The notes under the pieces were generated by a model. It worked only from the letters and a program-made list of their open reading frames with translations, was not told the origin of the DNA and did not search any database. 64,000 nucleotides of DNA from a phage: the NCBI GenBank assembly GCA_011939005.1, contig GCA_011939005.1_4858.1; one strand, 5' to 3'. A program made the translations under genes and the position numbers. Position 1 is the first letter of the stretch. Each line of letters starts with the position of its first letter. Positions 37,154 to 48,011 of the stretch are shown in pieces.

Positions 37154-39261
37154 TTCATCCTCTGTCGTTGGATTAGCTCTTTCAAGCTTTCCATCGATGC
37201 GACGTTACGAACGTCAGTGTTGAGTTGAGAGACGAGCGCTTGAATACGATTCTTGTACATGAGCTGTTGTACCGGGTCGGCTACAACTTGACTCTGTCTA
37301 ATCATCGTTTCAATTTGCCCCATCAGTTGTTGTTGCTTTTCTTCTTCCTCGACTGCAGCCTCTTCATCGAATTCACCTGCCATGCCCCCAAGCATATTGC
37401 GGTTGCGCATCATCAGTCGGCTGTTACTTATACCGTAGTGGCCTAAGTTGTTGCCGAACAGAAGTAACCACATTGCCAGAAGCCAGGATATTACCAGGTC
37501 ATCGTGACCGGATGCACGGTGGTCTATGCGCCCGTTTCGTTCGACGAGACCGAGGATTTGGTCGATCAATTCGCCTGACCGCAGTAAGTCCGCAGAAAGA
37601 CGCAACGCCGTGGTAAATACTTCACCATACAACTTACGGCGTTTATCCTGGTCGGTTGAGAAACCGATGTATTTACGGAATTTGTCCCAGAAGCGCTCTG
37701 GACTGCCCACAGGGCCACGATGGAACTCTTTGTAAAGTTCATCGTTCCTTGAGTAATCCTGGGTCACTTTCACGTACAAACGACGATGCAAATCGCGAAC
37801 CTTAGATTGCAGCTGCAGTATAATGGCATCTGCTACCGAGGAGCCGGTAGACCGTCGTTCCAGAATGAGTACCGTGTTCGGATATTCGATCATGAAGTCT
37901 GCTAAGTGAATCGCAAACCCGATGACGTTTGTTTCGTTCACGGTGAGCTTGCCGGCATATTCGGCAGTGACAGAGTTGACGATTGACATGGCAATGGCGT
38001 CACGTCCAACGGCTTCGGAAGTATCCAAACCGATGATGTGGCGGTCTTGCATTTTAACCAGCATCTGCTCTTCAGTGTAATACCAATCCGTTACGTAGTT
38101 GGATGCAGAGATAATTTTCTGCGCCGCACGAACACGCGAGTCGTTCATACGTCTTGCATCATCGCCTGAGAACGGTTTGTTGTAACCACCGGTTGTCCAT
38201 TCACCACCGAAGTCACGGCGGATTTGGTCTAGTGTACCTGGGGCGTTCGCAATCATATCTGCGAGTTCTTCGTCCGTGGTACCGAGTTGGCGGTGGTTGT
38301 ATTTCACGTAGAACATGATACGTGGAATCTTCGCAGTAGAGCCTTTGCGAATCATGTCAATCAGTTGTGCACGAGTCGGAATGTCGATATACCGTTCATC
38401 CCACGAAATCCCCGACGTCATCAGGCTGTACATGTACTCGCCTTCTTCTGTCGCCAAATCCCCAGGCGTTGTTGCGAAGACGTTGCCGTATGGAACACCT
38501 TCGGCTTCGTTAATACGACGCGCCGCGGTACCCGATGCTAGTGCAGCAGGGAGGATATGGTGGATGTTGTTGGTAAACGGTCCTTCATCCGAGAACAGGC
38601 GTCCGGCTGTGAGTCCACGGCCTACCCCGTTCGCAGCTTCCTTATCGTTTTGACCGATGCCGGTGATAAGTTTGTTACCCTGTGCTAGACAAGCAAATGT
38701 CTCACGGTTATCAGGATCGTCCGGATGATGAGGCCAGAGATAATCCGGTAACGCGTTACGCAGTTGTTTCATTTTGTTGATAGTTTCTTCACGCAGGGCA
38801 GGACCCTTCGTGATAAGAATCGTACGTGAGTTCTCCAGGAAGCGCATCAGCCACAATAGCAATGCGGACATCCCGACGGTCTTACCATGCTGACGGAGAA
38901 ACTCGATAGCGGCGTCGATGTTGTTGAAGAAAATCCAATACATCGAAAAGTTACCGCGGTCTAGACGAAACGGCATCCCGTTCTTTACACCATCCGCAGG
39001 GACCCGGACACACTCACGGAAGAAGTACCATGGGTTTTCCGCACACTCCGTAACAATCATCGCTTTTTGTTCGAGTGTTAAATCCGGGCTAAACGGATCA
39101 ACACCACGGAGTTCGGGATTGTGTAATGCCAGGTGGACGTACCAATGCTGGACACCTAATCCTTGTAGTGTTGTGGCGAATTGAAGGAAGTGCACGTTTG
39201 GTGTGACATCGTCAACAATCGCCCCCGGATAGTGTCGCCAATCGTTTTTTCGCAGTATCAT
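37150..39261 (-). CDS. terminase large subunit
   Basis: Walker A-like LRQHGKT in the context FLRQHGKTVGMSALLLW (compare T4 gp17 SRQLGKT); size and N-terminal ATPase layout fit. Confidence 0.65.
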   Translation of the reverse strand: MILRKNDWRHYPGAIVDDVTPNVHFLQFATTLQGLGVQHWYVHLALHNPELRGVDPFSPDLTLEQKAMIVTECAENPWYFFRECVRVPADGVKNGMPFRLDRGNFSMYWIFFNNIDAAIEFLRQHGKTVGMSALLLWLMRFLENSRTILITKGPALREETINKMKQLRNALPDYLWPHHPDDPDNRETFACLAQGNKLITGIGQNDKEAANGVGRGLTAGRLFSDEGPFTNNIHHILPAALASGTAARRINEAEGVPYGNVFATTPGDLATEEGEYMYSLMTSGISWDERYIDIPTRAQLIDMIRKGSTAKIPRIMFYVKYNHRQLGTTDEELADMIANAPGTLDQIRRDFGGEWTTGGYNKPFSGDDARRMNDSRVRAAQKIISASNYVTDWYYTEEQMLVKMQDRHIIGLDTSEAVGRDAIAMSIVNSVTAEYAGKLTVNETNVIGFAIHLADFMIEYPNTVLILERRSTGSSVADAIILQLQSKVRDLHRRLYVKVTQDYSRNDELYKEFHRGPVGSPERFWDKFRKYIGFSTDQDKRRKLYGEVFTTALRLSADLLRSGELIDQILGLVERNGRIDHRASGHDDLVISWLLAMWLLLFGNNLGHYGISNSRLMMRNRNMLGGMAGEFDEEAAVEEEEKQQQLMGQIETMIRQSQVVADPVQQLMYKNRIQALVSQLNTDVRNVASMESLKELIQRQRMK

Positions 39262-39273
39262 ACAATCTCCATA

Positions 39274-39297
39274 CCTCCACCCCCGAAGGGGTGGAGG
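39274..39297 (-). promoter_or_regulatory. hairpin immediately upstream of the terminase ribosome-binding site
   Basis: CCTCCACCCC-CGAA-GGGGTGGAGG with no U-run; its 3' arm abuts the terminase RBS GGAG. Confidence 0.3.
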
Positions 39298-39305
39298 AAG
39301 GTTTG

Positions 39306-40949
39306 TTACTCGATGTGGTGCGCCAGCATTGGCGTAGCCGCGAGGTTAAGCGTATCCGTAGGAGTGCGACGAATCCAGCGAATAACTAACGAATCGTCCA
39401 GAGCGATACGATAATCTACCGTTTGCTCATTTAACCACTCATCGATGCTGTGGGTGTAAACCTTACCACCGACATGCACCTCAAAGTGTGTAGGCTCGGG
39501 AGCCTCAGATTCATTACGACGATCGTAGAGCGGATAAATCGGCTCGTACAACGCTTTAAGCCACTCGGCTTTAGAGGCACAACCACAACGAAGGTTCAGC
39601 GTGGAGTAGTTGACATTGGAGTATTTGAACTCTGCCCAAATTTCATTACCGTAGACCAGCCCATCAGGCAGGTATTCGATAAGGAAGTTGGTATTCAACT
39701 CGTTACCTGGGTTCACTAACGTGATGGCGAAAGACTGCGCCTGGATGAATGCGCGGAATTGTGGATTTACTTTGCTGATATCCACCTGCACGTTCAGACG
39801 CTGTTTCACACCCATCAATAGTGGGTCGAATGTAGTCCCTGTGGTGTACTGGATGTTTGCGGTCGCGTCGTAGACTTGGCCGCGTGTCAGGTTGTACAGC
39901 AGGAACGACAGACGATAGCCACGGTTCGCATCCAACCAACGCGGAACCACAAACAGCTTCATGGAATAAGCACCATCGACTGTTTCGGTTACAGCGGTGT
40001 AGTCTTTGACAATTGTATCTTTAACAATGTCAGTACCACCGTAGGTTTCACCGCGAGCCAACTGATAGCTTAACTGGCAAGGTAACTCATTACCGGCGTT
40101 TGAAGCGATGTAAAACGTGTCATGTGCACCAGAGTTACGCAGACCGTTAAACTTCACACGCGAACCATCGATAGGTAGGCGTTTGGTTCCGTCGCTGTAC
40201 TGGATGTCACACCACAGCGGAATAGATTCCAGCGGGATGTTAATCGGCAGCGTCAGCGTAGTACCATTGTCGTCTACCAGGAACGGTGAAACCAGTTTAA
40301 TACCTAGCACAGTGCGAGACGGAGTCTCTTGCGCCATCACCAGATTGGTCTTGATGATGTGACCGTGGGCGATCTGAACAACGTTACCGGTGTCAGAGTA
40401 AACCAGGAAAGTACACTCTTCACCGTTACTGACTTCAGCCAGACAGCTCCCAGGAATCGCTTGTTTCACCACAGTTTCTGCGTCAGCCGCACTGATAGTC
40501 TGCACCGGCAGATAGTTCTTTTTCAGAACCCCGTCTTTGTAATACCCAGACAGGATTTCTGCAGCATCGTTTACAGATGAGCCACGCAGGATACGCACAC
40601 CATCGATATCAGGACCGTTGAAAGTGACGGCATCATCGATAACCATCGTCGGTGGAAGTTTGGTGCTGTCCACGTAGACGCGATATCTGTCAGAGCGTAG
40701 TGGGTAGTGACCATTAAGACGCCCGTCTTGGTTTGCCACACCAACGCCACCGAACGGTTCTGTTTCCCACGACGGTACCGAATAGTTTACGCTAACCACG
40801 CGGTCAAAGCCGGAGGTCATGTCGTTCACGATAAGGTCACGTGGGTTAGGTACGTAACCTGTTGGTTTGTTTGGTTCGTACAATTCACTCGGGTCCCAGA
40901 CTTCGAACCCGCGATCCTTGTCGATTAATTTGGACGCAATCTTCGCCAT
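39306..40949 (-). CDS. hypothetical protein (547 aa; possible virion protein)
   Basis: Long ORF immediately upstream of terminase. Confidence 0.6.
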   Translation of the reverse strand: MAKIASKLIDKDRGFEVWDPSELYEPNKPTGYVPNPRDLIVNDMTSGFDRVVSVNYSVPSWETEPFGGVGVANQDGRLNGHYPLRSDRYRVYVDSTKLPPTMVIDDAVTFNGPDIDGVRILRGSSVNDAAEILSGYYKDGVLKKNYLPVQTISAADAETVVKQAIPGSCLAEVSNGEECTFLVYSDTGNVVQIAHGHIIKTNLVMAQETPSRTVLGIKLVSPFLVDDNGTTLTLPINIPLESIPLWCDIQYSDGTKRLPIDGSRVKFNGLRNSGAHDTFYIASNAGNELPCQLSYQLARGETYGGTDIVKDTIVKDYTAVTETVDGAYSMKLFVVPRWLDANRGYRLSFLLYNLTRGQVYDATANIQYTTGTTFDPLLMGVKQRLNVQVDISKVNPQFRAFIQAQSFAITLVNPGNELNTNFLIEYLPDGLVYGNEIWAEFKYSNVNYSTLNLRCGCASKAEWLKALYEPIYPLYDRRNESEAPEPTHFEVHVGGKVYTHSIDEWLNEQTVDYRIALDDSLVIRWIRRTPTDTLNLAATPMLAHHIE

Positions 40950-40951
40950 GA

Positions 40952-43465
40952 TTAACCCTTGATTATCAGATACTGATTAAGCTGCACTTCGCCATTCAGA
41001 TAACGTTCATTGACGCGGTCTAAGAAAGCAAAGCCAAGTTCGTTGATTTCTACCGTTTCGTACTTCACATGCGGATGCAGTTTCACAAACGCTTTATCGT
41101 AACCGATATAGGCCGGGTCAAACGGCAGGAGGTCTTTATAACGCTCCATGATGTCATCCAGCTGTGACGTCGAGATACGATACTCCGGATCGTCTTCCCG
41201 CAGAATCAGAATACCTTGCAAGTAGTCCCACAAGATTTTGTTCAGGGTTGGCGAATAGAGGTGATACAGATACGGCAACGGTACCGGGTTAACCGGCGGA
41301 GGTGTCGGGAACCAGTTAGACAGGTAAGCCTCGACGCGTGTGTCCAAATCACGGGCAGTGTCGCGCAAGTCGTACGTATCGCCGCTTACCAACGTCCGCA
41401 ACGGAATAGTTGGATCGTCGACCGAGTATGGGAACCCGTCTTGTACGATGTCGACACCTACAGTGTTGTCTTCACGGAACACGACTTCGTCACGCAATAG
41501 CAGTGAACCACCACCCACGACACGAATCACTTTGTCGTCACGGCAATCAAACTGGCTGTTATTAGACAGCAGTCCGTTTGACACGAAACCATGTTTAGGA
41601 ATACGGAGTTCACCGGTCACGCCACGACAACGCACTGAGACTTTATTTGTATCCCCGTCCGCCATCCACGCTTTACAAACCACCACAATTTCCGGCCAGC
41701 GGGTGTGGTAATCGATACCGTGCACCAGTGGGTGGTTGTTCAACCACACTTCGACCGTTTCCATTGGTAACCACAGCGTGCGCTGCTGCCCGTCTTGGTT
41801 GCGTGCTACAATCGGAATACGTATCTGACCTTCCGACACCTTAACATCCACTTCGAAGAACAGATGGAAGTCGTCGTAAATCACTGTCGGGTGACGTCGT
41901 GTCCGATCTACGGTCCAGGTGATTTTATTTCCGTCGCGAGTATAATCCGTTCCTTCCTCGGCTTTGTAGTAGTCGTTGGTTGGAACTTCCCCGATGACCA
42001 TTCGAATCCACAACCCAACGTTTGAACCTGGCTCAATTTCAAAGTCGGGAGCGTTGTCAACAATCTTCACCGCATCCGAGACTTCACCCGCAATAGCCTC
42101 GATGATTCGTGCTTCTGGATTGCGAGGGATGTAAACATCGTAGCCTGCATTACGGTGATGTTCTAACAGCAACCCATCGGCATCGTACTCGTATACAGTT
42201 GACAGCGTTGCCAGTAAGTCGGGCAAAGTACCGCGATAGCCACCGGATGTAAGTTCCAGACGCTGTGGAGTGTCGGCACTGTAACGTGCGGCGGCATTGT
42301 AGCCGTACGCATCAGTGCAGAGATCGCGTGTGATGTTCCGGAGTTTGGCTGCCGCTAACCGATTCGCTGCCGATTCCTCGAGCGCTGCTGCGGTCCACTC
42401 TGGTACGTTGGAGTTTGCCCCCACCATCGCACCGATGATCTGCTCGTCACTAAGACGATAGAGGTCGTGCGTGTGGGTGGAGTTATACAGTGGCTTCAGG
42501 TCAAGGAAATCGTCACGTATCAATAAACGAATCGTTAGTTCGTCGATATCATTCATTGGGTTAGTGAAAGCGGTGCGGTATTTCGAAATCCGCATCGACG
42601 GAATCGATAGATCGTTCCACGTCAATTGTCGTACGGCCATATGGCGGTGACGATGGTAGTAACGTCCCTCACCTTTCCACAACAACTGAATTTCACAGTC
42701 GTTGTTGAAAATCCAAATGCCGTCCCCTTTTGGAATGTGCAGCAGGTATTTTCGTGTTTGATCAAGCGTTGAGTAGAACGTTTGCAAATCCCCACAACGG
42801 TATTCAATCACACGACGAATACGTCCATCGACACGAATTTCAACATCATCCCATGCTTTGATATCCGCGGGCTTAGGATTAGCAATCATCTTTCCGTTTA
42901 CCCAGAAATCGACATAGCCGATTTTCTGGCCTTTCAACAGATTATAACGGTCTAAGACGATCTGGATCTGTTGTGGGTTCGGCGGATTATACGGTTCGAT
43001 GAATGTCGGTTTAACAACAGGAGCGTTTTCGCCGCCATCATTACCAGCATAAATGCGTAGATAACATGGTGTGTCGTCTAACCACTTGTAGCGTTCCGTT
43101 TGTGGAATCGCCATGTAAATCTGACCAGAGAGTGTCCGCCAGAAATACACAGAGTTCGACGGGATAATTGTCCCATCTTCGTTGTACACCTGCATCCACG
43201 CATGGAAGTTATTTACACACGTAGTAAGTTTCTTCCAGCGCTCAGGAGGGATACTCAAGTTGCCGTAGTTGAGGTGGAGCTTGTCAATTACAAACGCGTG
43301 CCACCACCCCTCGCCCGGTAAAGGAATCGGATTACGCCCGTGCTTGAAAAACCCGATCGCTCCGGTCTTTTCAGTTAATCGAAAAGGCGCAATGTTCAAC
43401 ACCCCATCGAGGTACGGACGCTGCCACGCATTTTTAACGGCGTGAGCGACCAGCCAGTTCTCCAT
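40952..43465 (-). CDS. hypothetical protein (837 aa; possible virion protein)
   Basis: Long ORF, tightly packed with neighbours. Confidence 0.65.
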   Translation of the reverse strand: MENWLVAHAVKNAWQRPYLDGVLNIAPFRLTEKTGAIGFFKHGRNPIPLPGEGWWHAFVIDKLHLNYGNLSIPPERWKKLTTCVNNFHAWMQVYNEDGTIIPSNSVYFWRTLSGQIYMAIPQTERYKWLDDTPCYLRIYAGNDGGENAPVVKPTFIEPYNPPNPQQIQIVLDRYNLLKGQKIGYVDFWVNGKMIANPKPADIKAWDDVEIRVDGRIRRVIEYRCGDLQTFYSTLDQTRKYLLHIPKGDGIWIFNNDCEIQLLWKGEGRYYHRHRHMAVRQLTWNDLSIPSMRISKYRTAFTNPMNDIDELTIRLLIRDDFLDLKPLYNSTHTHDLYRLSDEQIIGAMVGANSNVPEWTAAALEESAANRLAAAKLRNITRDLCTDAYGYNAAARYSADTPQRLELTSGGYRGTLPDLLATLSTVYEYDADGLLLEHHRNAGYDVYIPRNPEARIIEAIAGEVSDAVKIVDNAPDFEIEPGSNVGLWIRMVIGEVPTNDYYKAEEGTDYTRDGNKITWTVDRTRRHPTVIYDDFHLFFEVDVKVSEGQIRIPIVARNQDGQQRTLWLPMETVEVWLNNHPLVHGIDYHTRWPEIVVVCKAWMADGDTNKVSVRCRGVTGELRIPKHGFVSNGLLSNNSQFDCRDDKVIRVVGGGSLLLRDEVVFREDNTVGVDIVQDGFPYSVDDPTIPLRTLVSGDTYDLRDTARDLDTRVEAYLSNWFPTPPPVNPVPLPYLYHLYSPTLNKILWDYLQGILILREDDPEYRISTSQLDDIMERYKDLLPFDPAYIGYDKAFVKLHPHVKYETVEINELGFAFLDRVNERYLNGEVQLNQYLIIKG

Positions 43466-43475
43466 AGTGGGCCTC

Positions 43476-44381
43476 TTACTTGATGTTCAGTGGTTTGGTG
43501 TTTTGATTCATCAGAAGGTTGTATGTGAATTCAAACTTATCGCGTTTCTTAGCGGTGTCTGACTTCTTCACAATCCCACCTAACCGACTGCGGTTAAACA
43601 TGTTATTATCCAGACAAGCCTTAATCATAACGAAGAGACTAGGCGGATATTCGATGGCGCTGGTAGCGAGTTGTTTTTCATAACTCACCCCGAAGAAGCT
43701 GGTATTCAACATCTGCTGCAGAGACAGAATGCTCAGGTCACGCACCCGCGGAGTGATATCTGCAGCCTGCACCATTTCGACGAATTCTGCGATATTACGC
43801 GGGAAAAGATATTCTGTGTGGCCTGTCACTGATTCAAACAGTTCCGCAGGTAAGCCTAATTGTTGCTCCAGCATCTGCTGCAAACGTAAAGCTTTCACAT
43901 CATCTTCGACGTGATTATAGAACTGTCCCACAGAGAACAATGCAGCCAACGCTTTGATTTGCCCACTTTGATATGGAGCAAGTGCAAACGTGTGGGTAAT
44001 CGCATCCGACACCCATTTGCTGAAAATCTCATGGTGGTAGGGCATCTGTGCCATCAGTGCAGCAAGCTTACCATTACTCCGTTTCCACACCAATTCCCAG
44101 CGAGCCTGGTCGAGACGCAATGCGTGTTCGACTGGGTTTCGTATTTTTAGCTCGTTGGTCTTATCCAGCGTGGTAAACGTGGCTGCGTATACATAAACGT
44201 CGTCGCCGATAACAATCGGCAAAGGAAACGGTTTTACATCAGCGGTCTCAACAACGTAATGAACTTCATCGGACTGTGAGACAGTTTGGTTAAGTTTACG
44301 GGCTAATTCCAGGTCTGCCTTGGTGCGAGTAAGGTCAAGTGCATTAAAGGGATTACCGCTGTAAGCGTTTTCGAGTGCCAT
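43476..44381 (-). CDS. hypothetical protein (start revised to ATG 44381)
   Basis: Track start 44543 would overlap the divergent sheath-like gene; AAGGA 9 nt upstream of ATG 44381 (MALENAYSGNPF...). Confidence 0.55.
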   Translation of the reverse strand: MALENAYSGNPFNALDLTRTKADLELARKLNQTVSQSDEVHYVVETADVKPFPLPIVIGDDVYVYAATFTTLDKTNELKIRNPVEHALRLDQARWELVWKRSNGKLAALMAQMPYHHEIFSKWVSDAITHTFALAPYQSGQIKALAALFSVGQFYNHVEDDVKALRLQQMLEQQLGLPAELFESVTGHTEYLFPRNIAEFVEMVQAADITPRVRDLSILSLQQMLNTSFFGVSYEKQLATSAIEYPPSLFVMIKACLDNNMFNRSRLGGIVKKSDTAKKRDKFEFTYNLLMNQNTKPLNIK

Positions 44382-44438
44382 GAGTATGATCCTTAGTATG
44401 ACCATCAGGTCTTTAAGACGAATATATGGAGACGTTCC

Positions 44439-46484
44439 ATGACTTTTATTCCACGAAACGGCGCGCCGTTGAATAACAAGCAAGGTTGGCAGGATAACTC
44501 TGTCCCCGAGCTTGTGCGTACCCCTACGGGTGACGCAATTCATAAGCCGCTGATCTTCACCTTTGCCGCGCGCGGGGTAGACAACGAGGCGTTCCCGTTA
44601 ACCGGGGATAATGCACTGTCTCTGCTTGGTCGCAATGTCTTTGACTTGCGAGGCCCCTACGCGACGTTCAACACGCCCTATCAGGCGATGTTCAACGCTA
44701 ACGCAAACGAGTGTATGTATCAGCGCTTGATCCCTGAAGATGCGAAAACCGCAAGTGTTCGCGTATTCGCCGACGTACTCGAAACGAAAGTTCCGTCCTA
44801 CGAACGCGACAGCAACGGGATCGTTCAGTACGACAACTCGGGCAAGCCCAAGATCAAAGAACAAGTTGACGGTTTGGTAATCGTCTTCCGTTCTGTCGTA
44901 ATCGACGAAACTACCCCGGCCATCGGCGCAGGTGTGGTTATCGAGGGGACGATGACTGGCGAAGGCGGCACGAAATCGAAGCTGTATCCGTTGTTCGATA
45001 TCGCAGGCCCGTATGCGGGTGCTGACGTCAACGGTTTCGGTTTCAAACTGATCCCACTCAGCGAGAAATCCAGCCCGGCTCTGACCTCCTCCTATCAAAA
45101 TGAAGTCGGTGGTCGTGTTTACACCCTGCAATGGTTCGAAACCCTGGCAGGTGTGACTTCTCCGGTAGTGTGGAAAACTCTCACTGGCATGAGTAGCATC
45201 AATTTTAGCTTTAAGCCCGATGCATACTATCAGCCGATGAGAACGCAACTCGACTTCGAAGTTGTTGTTGCGGATGCATATCGTCAGACGATGCCTGACA
45301 TTGGCGAGCTGCCAGATTATGGTCCTTTCGAGCAGTTCTATCTGTATCGCGAGAACCTGGAAACTGTACTGGGCTTGGCTCAGGCCGCTATCACAACTGA
45401 TGCGCCTGCTGACCCGTATATGGTTGACATCTTTGGCGGCTATGATTTACTGGGCCAGCCTTACGATGGTCTTCAGGTAAACCCGGCTACTGAAACCGGT
45501 AAAGTTGTGTTCTCCGCATCCAACATCCACTACCTGCAAGGTGGTAGCGATGGTACCATGAACAACGACGTTTACGACGAACTCGTTCGCCGTGAAATGC
45601 TGCTGTTCCCGGATGGCGGTAAAGTCCGTTACGACAACGAGCTGAAATACTCGCTGGGTTGTTTCTGGGACTCTGGCTTTAGCTTCGATACTAAAGCTGC
45701 GCTCGTGAACTTCATCGGTCGTTCACGTAACACCTTCTTGACGCTGGCGACTCACGTTTACAGCCAAGGCCGTAACGATGAGCAGACAGAAGAAAGTGCA
45801 AAAATCGCCCTGATCGAATTGATCACAGCGGTACCGGAATCTGCCTATTACGGCACTCCGGCTGCACGTGGTATGGTCACCGGCCAATCGGCGTTCATCA
45901 AGAACTCTTCCTACAAGAAGCCTGTTCCGATGAACTACTCCCTGGCGAACTTCTTCTCGAAGTACCTGGGTGCAGGCGACGGTCGTGCAAAACCGGCTTA
46001 TCGTTTCAGCCGTGGCGAACTGACGATTATCGAAGATCTGACTGACCTGAGTATGCCGTGGAAAGGCAACGAAGTGTATGCGTCTGACTGGGATGTGTCG
46101 CTGATCACTGCCCGTTCCTACGACTACTATCGCTTGTTCATTCCGGCGATTCAGTCAATCTACAGCGAAGATCGTTCTGTACTGAACAACGCCCTGTTCA
46201 ACTTCATGATGACCTACGTCTATCGTGTTTCCGACCGTGTATGGGCGGACATGTCTGGCGAAGCGGCCATGACAGATGATGAACGTGCGAAGATGATTGA
46301 GAACAAAATTATCGAACGTCTGGAAGGCCGTCTCGATAACGTTGCTGTCGTCACTCCGAAGGCGTACTTCACTGCAGACGATAAATCCAATGGTTACTCT
46401 GTGACGCTGGACCTGATCGCTGAAGGCGGTGTGCTGCTCACCCAGTTCAACACCACTATCAAAGTTTACCGTCGGGAGAGCTAA
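44439..46484 (+). CDS. contractile tail sheath-like protein (by size and gene context)
   Basis: 681-aa ORF with GGAG RBS, followed 3 nt later by a 291-aa ORF and a strong terminator, resembling a sheath/tube pair; no motif-level confirmation. Confidence 0.4.
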   Translation: MTFIPRNGAPLNNKQGWQDNSVPELVRTPTGDAIHKPLIFTFAARGVDNEAFPLTGDNALSLLGRNVFDLRGPYATFNTPYQAMFNANANECMYQRLIPEDAKTASVRVFADVLETKVPSYERDSNGIVQYDNSGKPKIKEQVDGLVIVFRSVVIDETTPAIGAGVVIEGTMTGEGGTKSKLYPLFDIAGPYAGADVNGFGFKLIPLSEKSSPALTSSYQNEVGGRVYTLQWFETLAGVTSPVVWKTLTGMSSINFSFKPDAYYQPMRTQLDFEVVVADAYRQTMPDIGELPDYGPFEQFYLYRENLETVLGLAQAAITTDAPADPYMVDIFGGYDLLGQPYDGLQVNPATETGKVVFSASNIHYLQGGSDGTMNNDVYDELVRREMLLFPDGGKVRYDNELKYSLGCFWDSGFSFDTKAALVNFIGRSRNTFLTLATHVYSQGRNDEQTEESAKIALIELITAVPESAYYGTPAARGMVTGQSAFIKNSSYKKPVPMNYSLANFFSKYLGAGDGRAKPAYRFSRGELTIIEDLTDLSMPWKGNEVYASDWDVSLITARSYDYYRLFIPAIQSIYSEDRSVLNNALFNFMMTYVYRVSDRVWADMSGEAAMTDDERAKMIENKIIERLEGRLDNVAVVTPKAYFTADDKSNGYSVTLDLIAEGGVLLTQFNTTIKVYRRES

Positions 46485-46487
46485 TAG

Positions 46488-47363
46488 ATGGCAATCAAAG
46501 ATCGTCTCATTTTGCCTGATCAGGGTCTGCACGTCGACGGCGGCCAGTACGATATGGTCAACGCGTTCTCCTCGGGCCAAAACGGCCCGGTTGGACAGGT
46601 TGGCAAGTTCGTTACTAACGCCTCTCGTCTGCGTCGTAACGTCATTGCGCGCGTCATGGAATTCCCTCGTTGGGTGGATTACATGCCGAACCCACAGATG
46701 TGGCGTCAGGCTATCAAGTCCTTTATCGAGGTTCACTCCGAGATTACTGGCCTGGATAAAACCCTGAGCCATGCGGCTGTTGAAACTCAGCAGGGTCGTA
46801 ACAACCGTACCCAGTATGAAGCTGGTCTGGTAACGGAAGCACTGTCCTCTGTTACCTTCACCACCCCGGATAAACTCGGGAAGGTGTACCAAAACATGCT
46901 GTGGGCGTGGCTGGTTTACGGTGTTTGTGATCCCCAGACTGGTCACCCGGGCCTGGCCGCAATCAACCCGAACGTTCCTGACCACCTGCCGGATATGTAC
47001 AGCATGACCGTGCTGTTCATCGAGCCAGATGCGTATCAGCGTAAACCGCAGAATGCGTGGTGGTTAACGAACATGATTCCGGAAACCGCTGGCCAGGATA
47101 TCGGTGAGCGTGAAACCAACACCGGTCCGCAGATTAACGAACTGTCAATCGCCTTTACCTCCCAGCAATGGACAGGTTGGGGTCCGATGCAGGCCGCTGC
47201 GAAAGAGCTGGATCGTATGAAGCTGTACGGTCTGCGTCCTTACGAACGCAAACTGTGGCTTACTCCGTCTCAGCAGACCGACGGTATCAACCCGGACGTC
47301 AACGCAACCCCAGGTGGTTACAACTCTGTCTCCGACGAGCAGATGGCCAACCAGATGCGCTAA
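46488..47363 (+). CDS. tail tube-like protein (by context)
   Basis: 291-aa ORF directly after the sheath-like gene; GGGAGAG RBS. Confidence 0.4.
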   Translation: MAIKDRLILPDQGLHVDGGQYDMVNAFSSGQNGPVGQVGKFVTNASRLRRNVIARVMEFPRWVDYMPNPQMWRQAIKSFIEVHSEITGLDKTLSHAAVETQQGRNNRTQYEAGLVTEALSSVTFTTPDKLGKVYQNMLWAWLVYGVCDPQTGHPGLAAINPNVPDHLPDMYSMTVLFIEPDAYQRKPQNAWWLTNMIPETAGQDIGERETNTGPQINELSIAFTSQQWTGWGPMQAAAKELDRMKLYGLRPYERKLWLTPSQQTDGINPDVNATPGGYNSVSDEQMANQMR

Positions 47364-47365
47364 GA

Positions 47366-47421
47366 CAAAAAAAAACAAGCGTTACCTCTCTCCATTTGGA
47401 GAGAGGTACGTTTTATTTTTT
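47366..47421. terminator. bidirectional intrinsic terminator
   Basis: Stem CGTTACCTCTCTCC/GGAGAGAGGTACG flanked by A-run and T-run. Confidence 0.6.
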
Positions 47422-47955
47422 CGGTTGGCTAGCATCAATTTCACGCTGCGCATTAGCACGAATTAATAGGTTCTTAATTTGCAGCAGTAACAGATAAGTT
47501 ACGAGCACATCGAACTCAGACGGTGGTTGAACGTCACCTAGGTCAGGATGGGCAATCTTCCAGAGAGACATCCCGTCTTTATAACCTTGCCCCGATTCGG
47601 CCGCGAGAATGTCGTTGGCAGACATGCTAATGAGTTCGTGTTCCAGCCGACGGAGTACCTCGTCACCCAGCTCTACTTGCAACAAGCACTTAAAGCGGAT
47701 GATAAAGCCCGCGATAATACGCCCGCTACTACCTTTGGTGATCGTGTCGAGAAAACGCTGGTAGCCGTTGATGGTGTGCGGAATAATCTCAACCGGATAT
47801 TCGGCAATGGTTTCGAATGCGTCTTCCAGTATAGCTTTCATGGACAACGTAAACACGTCACCGATTTGATTGATGTGTCGAATGATGTCTTCACGTTTCA
47901 TATCAGACGGGATCGGTTTGATATCGTCCTGACCGAGAGTATTGAGTTGTTTCAT
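47413..47955 (-). CDS. hypothetical protein (180 aa)
   Basis: ORF. Confidence 0.55.
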   Translation of the reverse strand: MKQLNTLGQDDIKPIPSDMKREDIIRHINQIGDVFTLSMKAILEDAFETIAEYPVEIIPHTINGYQRFLDTITKGSSGRIIAGFIIRFKCLLQVELGDEVLRRLEHELISMSANDILAAESGQGYKDGMSLWKIAHPDLGDVQPPSEFDVLVTYLLLLQIKNLLIRANAQREIDASQPKK

Positions 47956-48011
47956 TGTAGCTCCAAAATCAAAAAAAATAGGGCAGTCATAAGACCACCC
48001 TAATGTTTTCT

